DNA of 64,000 nucleotides from Escherichia coli (GTDB lineage Bacteria; Pseudomonadota; Gammaproteobacteria; Enterobacterales; Enterobacteriaceae): NCBI RefSeq assembly GCF_003334765.1, contig NZ_QOWT01000002.1; one strand, 5' to 3'. Shown piece by piece: positions 59,905 to 64,000 of this stretch (position 1 is its first letter; each line of letters starts with the position of its first letter). The notes under the pieces were generated by a model. It saw only the letters and a program-made list of their open reading frames with translations, ran no database searches and was not told where the DNA came from. The position numbers and the translations under genes were made by a program.

Positions 59905-60119
59905 GACTTATAGTGCCAACTTGAAACTATAAATCATCGGTACAATCCCTGATTTTATTGTTGACATTTCATTTATGCCGACTATTTATATGGTATACTT
60001 GTCGAATTATCTTAAAGGAAGCTCAGATTTTCTTATTTTTATTGAGAAAATGAGATGACGCCTTATGTCTGTATTACTACAGGGAGAAGGGAGATGCTTC
60101 ATTGCAAAGGGAATAATCT

Positions 60120-60734
60120 ATGAACGCAATAATTATTGATGACCATCCTCTTGCTATCGCAGCAATTCGTAATTTATTGATCAAAAACGATATTGAAATC
60201 TTAGCAGAGTTGACTGAAGGCGGAAGTGCCGTTCAGCGGGTGGAAACACTTAAGCCTGATATCGTCATCATTGATGTCGATATCCCCGGAGTTAACGGTA
60301 TCCAGGTGTTAGAAACGCTGAGGAAGCGCCAATATAGCGGAATTATTATTATCGTCTCCGCTAAAAATGACCATTTTTACGGGAAACATTGTGCTGATGC
60401 TGGCGCTAATGGTTTCGTGAGTAAAAAAGAAGGCATGAACAATATCATTGCGGCTATTGAAGCTGCAAAAAATGGCTACTGCTATTTCCCCTTCTCTCTC
60501 AACCGGTTTGTTGGAAGTTTAACGTCCGACCAGCAAAAACTCGACTCCTTATCGAAACAAGAAATTAGTGTCATGCGGTATATTCTTGATGGCAAGGATA
60601 ATAATGACATTGCTGAAAAAATGTTCATCAGCAACAAAACTGTCAGCACTTATAAAAGTCGCCTGATGGAAAAATTAGAATGTAAATCACTGATGGATCT
60701 TTACACATTCGCACAACGTAACAAAATCGGCTAA
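60120..60734 (+). CDS. evgA: response regulator EvgA
   Basis: 204 aa, receiver domain plus LuxR-type HTH. Confidence 0.95.
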   Translation: MNAIIIDDHPLAIAAIRNLLIKNDIEILAELTEGGSAVQRVETLKPDIVIIDVDIPGVNGIQVLETLRKRQYSGIIIIVSAKNDHFYGKHCADAGANGFVSKKEGMNNIIAAIEAAKNGYCYFPFSLNRFVGSLTSDQQKLDSLSKQEISVMRYILDGKDNNDIAEKMFISNKTVSTYKSRLMEKLECKSLMDLYTFAQRNKIG

Positions 60735-60738
60735 CCAC

Positions 60739-63700
60739 ATGAAGTTTTTACCCTATATTTTTCTTCTCTGTTGTGGTCTTTGGTCGACCATAAGTTTCGC
60801 AGACGAAGATTACATCGAATATCGTGGCATCAGTAGTAACAACCGTGTCACACTTGATCCACTACGTCTGAGCAACAAGGAATTACGTTGGTTAGCGAGC
60901 AAAAAAAATCTTGTGATTGCAGTACATAAGTCCCAAACGGCTACGTTGTTGCATACCGATTCGCAGCAACGGGTTCGTGGTATTAATGCTGATTATTTAA
61001 ATCTTTTAAAAAGAGCGTTAAATATCAAATTAACACTCCGGGAATACGCAGATCATCAAAAAGCAATGGACGCGCTTGCAGAAGGTGAAGTCGATATAGT
61101 GTTATCACATTTAGTTACTTCGCCGCCTCTTAATAATGACATTGCTGCAACCAAACCATTGATAATTACCTTTCCGGCGCTGGTAACCACCCTTCACGAC
61201 TCAATGCGACCGCTTACCTCACCAAAACCAGTAAATATTGCTCGGGTAGCAAATTACCCCCCAGATGAGGTAATTCATCAATCATTTCCAAAAGCAACAA
61301 TTATCTCTTTTACAAATTTATATCAGGCATTAGCATCCGTCTCAGCTGGGCACAATGATTACTTTATTGGTAGTAACATCATTACCAGCAGTATGATTTC
61401 CCGCTATTTCACTCACTCCTTAAATGTAGTGAAATATTATAACTCGCCGCGTCAATATAATTTTTTCTTGACCAGAAAAGAATCTGTCATTCTTAATGAA
61501 GTACTCAATAGATTTGTTGATGCTTTAACAAATGAAGTTCGCTATGAAGTATCACAAAATTGGCTTGATACAGGAAACCTGGCCTTTCTGAACAAACCAT
61601 TAGAACTCACTGAACATGAAAAACAGTGGATTAAGCAGCATCCCAATTTAAAGGTGCTGGAAAATCCTTACTCGCCCCCCTATTCTATGACGGATGAAAA
61701 TGGCTCGGTTCGGGGCGTTATGGGGGACATTCTTAATATTATTACCTTGCAAACAGGTTTAAATTTTTCTCCGATCACCGTTTCACACAATATCCATGCT
61801 GGAACACAGCTTAGCCCCGGAGGATGGGATATAATACCTGGCGCTATTTATAGTGAAGATCGAGAAAATAATGTTTTATTTGCTGAAGCCTTCATAACAA
61901 CGCCTTACGTTTTTGTCATGCAAAAAGCGCCTGACAGTGAACAAACATTAAAAAAAGGAATGAAAGTTGCCATTCCATATTATTATGAGCTGCATTCGCA
62001 ATTAAAAGAGATGTATCCGGAGGTTGAATGGATACAGGTCGATAATGCCAGCGCTGCATTTCACAAGGTTAAGGAAGGTGAACTTGATGCTCTGGTCGCG
62101 ACACAGCTAAATTCGCGTTACATGATCGATCATTACTATCCTAATGAACTTTATCATTTTCTTATTCCTGGCGTTCCGAATGCATCGCTTTCGTTCGCTT
62201 TTCCTCGCGGAGAACCGGAACTTAAGGATATTATTAATAAAGCACTGAATGCAATTCCCCCAAGCGAAGTTCTGCGCCTGACGGAAAAATGGATTAAAAT
62301 GCCCAATGTGACCATTGACACATGGGACCTATATAGCGAGCAATTTTATATTGTTACGACATTATCCGTTTTATTAGTTGGCAGTAGCCTTTTATGGGGA
62401 TTCTACCTGTTACGCTCAGTTCGTCGTCGTAAAGTCATTCAGGGTGATTTAGAAAACCAAATATCATTCCGAAAAGCACTCTCGGATTCCTTACCGAATC
62501 CAACTTATGTTGTAAACTGGCAAGGTAATGTCATTAGTCATAATAGTGCTTTTGAACATTATTTCACTGCGGATTACTACAAAAATGCAATGTTACCATT
62601 AGAAAACAGTGACTCACCCTTTAAAGATGTTTTTTCTAATGCGCATGAAGTCACAGCAGAAACGAAAGAAAATCGAACAATATACACACAGGTATTTGAA
62701 ATTGATAATGGCATCGAGAAAAGATGCATTAATCACTGGCATACATTATGCAATCTTCCTGCAAGTGACAATGCAGTATATATTTGTGGTTGGCAAGATA
62801 TTACTGAAACGCGTGATCTAATTAATGCACTCGAGGTAGAAAAAAATAAAGCGATAAAGGCTACCGTAGCAAAAAGTCAGTTTCTGGCAACGATGAGTCA
62901 CGAAATAAGAACACCAATAAGCTCTATTATGGGCTTCCTGGAACTTCTGTCGGGTTCTGGTCTTAGCAAGGAGCAACGGGTGGAGGCGATTTCACTTGCC
63001 TACGCCACCGGACAATCACTCCTCGGCTTAATTGGTGAAATCCTTGATGTCGACAAAATTGAATCGGGTAACTATCAACTTCAACCACAATGGGTCGATA
63101 TCCCTACTTTAGTCCAGAACACTTGTCACTCTTTCGGTGCGATTGCTGCAAGCAAATCGATCGCATTAAGTTGCAGCAGTACGTTTCCTGAACATTACCT
63201 GGTTAAGATCGACCCTCAGGCGTTTAAGCAGGTCTTATCAAATTTACTGAGTAATGCTCTCAAATTTACCACCGAGGGGGCAGTAAAAATTACGACCTCC
63301 CTGGGTCACATTGATGACAACCACGCTGTTATCAAAATGACGATTATGGATTCTGGAAGTGGATTATCGCAGGAAGAACAACAACAACTGTTTAAACGCT
63401 ACAGCCAAACAAGTGCAGGTCGTCAGCAAACAGGTTCTGGTTTAGGCTTAATGATCTGCAAAGAATTAATTAAAAATATGCAGGGCGATTTGTCATTAGA
63501 AAGTCATCCAGGCATAGGAACAACATTTACGATCACAATCCCGGTAGAAATTAGCCAGCAAGTGGCGACTGTCGAGGCAAAAGCAGAACAACCCATCACA
63601 CTACCTGAAAAGTTGAGCATATTAATCGCGGATGATCATCCGACCAACAGGCTATTACTCAAACGCCAGCTAAATCTATTAGGATATGATGTTGATGAAG

Positions 63701-64000
63701 CCACTGATGGTGTGCAAGCGCTACACAAAGTCAGTATGCAACATTATGATCTGCTTATTACTGACGTTAATATGCCGAATATGGATGGTTTTGAGTTGAC
63801 TCGCAAACTCCGTGAGCAAAATTCTTCCTTACCCATCTGGGGGCTTACAGCCAACGCACAGGCTAACGAACGTGAAAAAGGGTTAAGTTGCGGCATGAAC
63901 TTATGTTTGTTCAAACCGTTGACCCTGGATGTACTGAAAACACATTTAAGTCAGTTACACCAAGTTGCGCATATTGCACCTCAGTATCGCCACCTTGATA
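60739..64000 (+). CDS. evgS: hybrid sensor kinase EvgS (3' end beyond window)
   Basis: signal peptide MKFLPYIFLLCCGLWSTISFA, periplasmic domains, HisKA (ATMSHEIRTP), ATPase, receiver start; open to window end. Confidence 0.9.
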   Translation, partial: MKFLPYIFLLCCGLWSTISFADEDYIEYRGISSNNRVTLDPLRLSNKELRWLASKKNLVIAVHKSQTATLLHTDSQQRVRGINADYLNLLKRALNIKLTLREYADHQKAMDALAEGEVDIVLSHLVTSPPLNNDIAATKPLIITFPALVTTLHDSMRPLTSPKPVNIARVANYPPDEVIHQSFPKATIISFTNLYQALASVSAGHNDYFIGSNIITSSMISRYFTHSLNVVKYYNSPRQYNFFLTRKESVILNEVLNRFVDALTNEVRYEVSQNWLDTGNLAFLNKPLELTEHEKQWIKQHPNLKVLENPYSPPYSMTDENGSVRGVMGDILNIITLQTGLNFSPITVSHNIHAGTQLSPGGWDIIPGAIYSEDRENNVLFAEAFITTPYVFVMQKAPDSEQTLKKGMKVAIPYYYELHSQLKEMYPEVEWIQVDNASAAFHKVKEGELDALVATQLNSRYMIDHYYPNELYHFLIPGVPNASLSFAFPRGEPELKDIINKALNAIPPSEVLRLTEKWIKMPNVTIDTWDLYSEQFYIVTTLSVLLVGSSLLWGFYLLRSVRRRKVIQGDLENQISFRKALSDSLPNPTYVVNWQGNVISHNSAFEHYFTADYYKNAMLPLENSDSPFKDVFSNAHEVTAETKENRTIYTQVFEIDNGIEKRCINHWHTLCNLPASDNAVYICGWQDITETRDLINALEVEKNKAIKATVAKSQFLATMSHEIRTPISSIMGFLELLSGSGLSKEQRVEAISLAYATGQSLLGLIGEILDVDKIESGNYQLQPQWVDIPTLVQNTCHSFGAIAASKSIALSCSSTFPEHYLVKIDPQAFKQVLSNLLSNALKFTTEGAVKITTSLGHIDDNHAVIKMTIMDSGSGLSQEEQQQLFKRYSQTSAGRQQTGSGLGLMICKELIKNMQGDLSLESHPGIGTTFTITIPVEISQQVATVEAKAEQPITLPEKLSILIADDHPTNRLLLKRQLNLLGYDVDEATDGVQALHKVSMQHYDLLITDVNMPNMDGFELTRKLREQNSSLPIWGLTANAQANEREKGLSCGMNLCLFKPLTLDVLKTHLSQLHQVAHIAPQYRHLD

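Noticed and set aside
62609-62821. 70-aa ORF within evgS
   Set aside because: It is out of frame and internal to the long evgS reading frame.

Overview
Enterobacterial (E. coli-like) chromosome: a conserved core segment (dedA-truA-usg-pdxB-flk-yfcJ-fabB-mnmC-yfcL-epmC-yfcA-mepA-aroC-prmB-smrB, the yfcO-V chaperone-usher fimbrial operon with an intact usher, sixA, fadJI, yfcZ, fadL, yfdF, mlaA, yfdC) ends at tRNA-Arg(CCU) argW. A roughly 20.6 kb defective mosaic prophage is integrated there (about 32331-52964), followed by dsdCXA, emrYK and evgAS (evgS runs off the window end). The prophage joins a P22-like late/immI end (tailspike, ant-arc-mnt with recognisable operators, ejection-protein genes) to a lambda-like early end (O-like, cII, cro, cI with three operators, nutL/nutR, N, cIII, Kil-like, RecT, TorI excisionase). 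All head, portal, terminase and lysis genes are absent, and a truncated primase fragment reads in frame into an ejection-protein gene at the deletion junction. The most interesting uncharacterised cargo sits in classical moron slots: two small secreted proteins in the sieA position, a 4-TM membrane protein directly after cI (rexB position), an unknown ORF plus HNH nuclease after N, and a hexapeptide acetyltransferase in the serotype-conversion slot. No CRISPR array, rRNA or IS element was seen. All calls rest on reading the six-frame translations and on recalled family features; no database search or numerical GC computation was possible.
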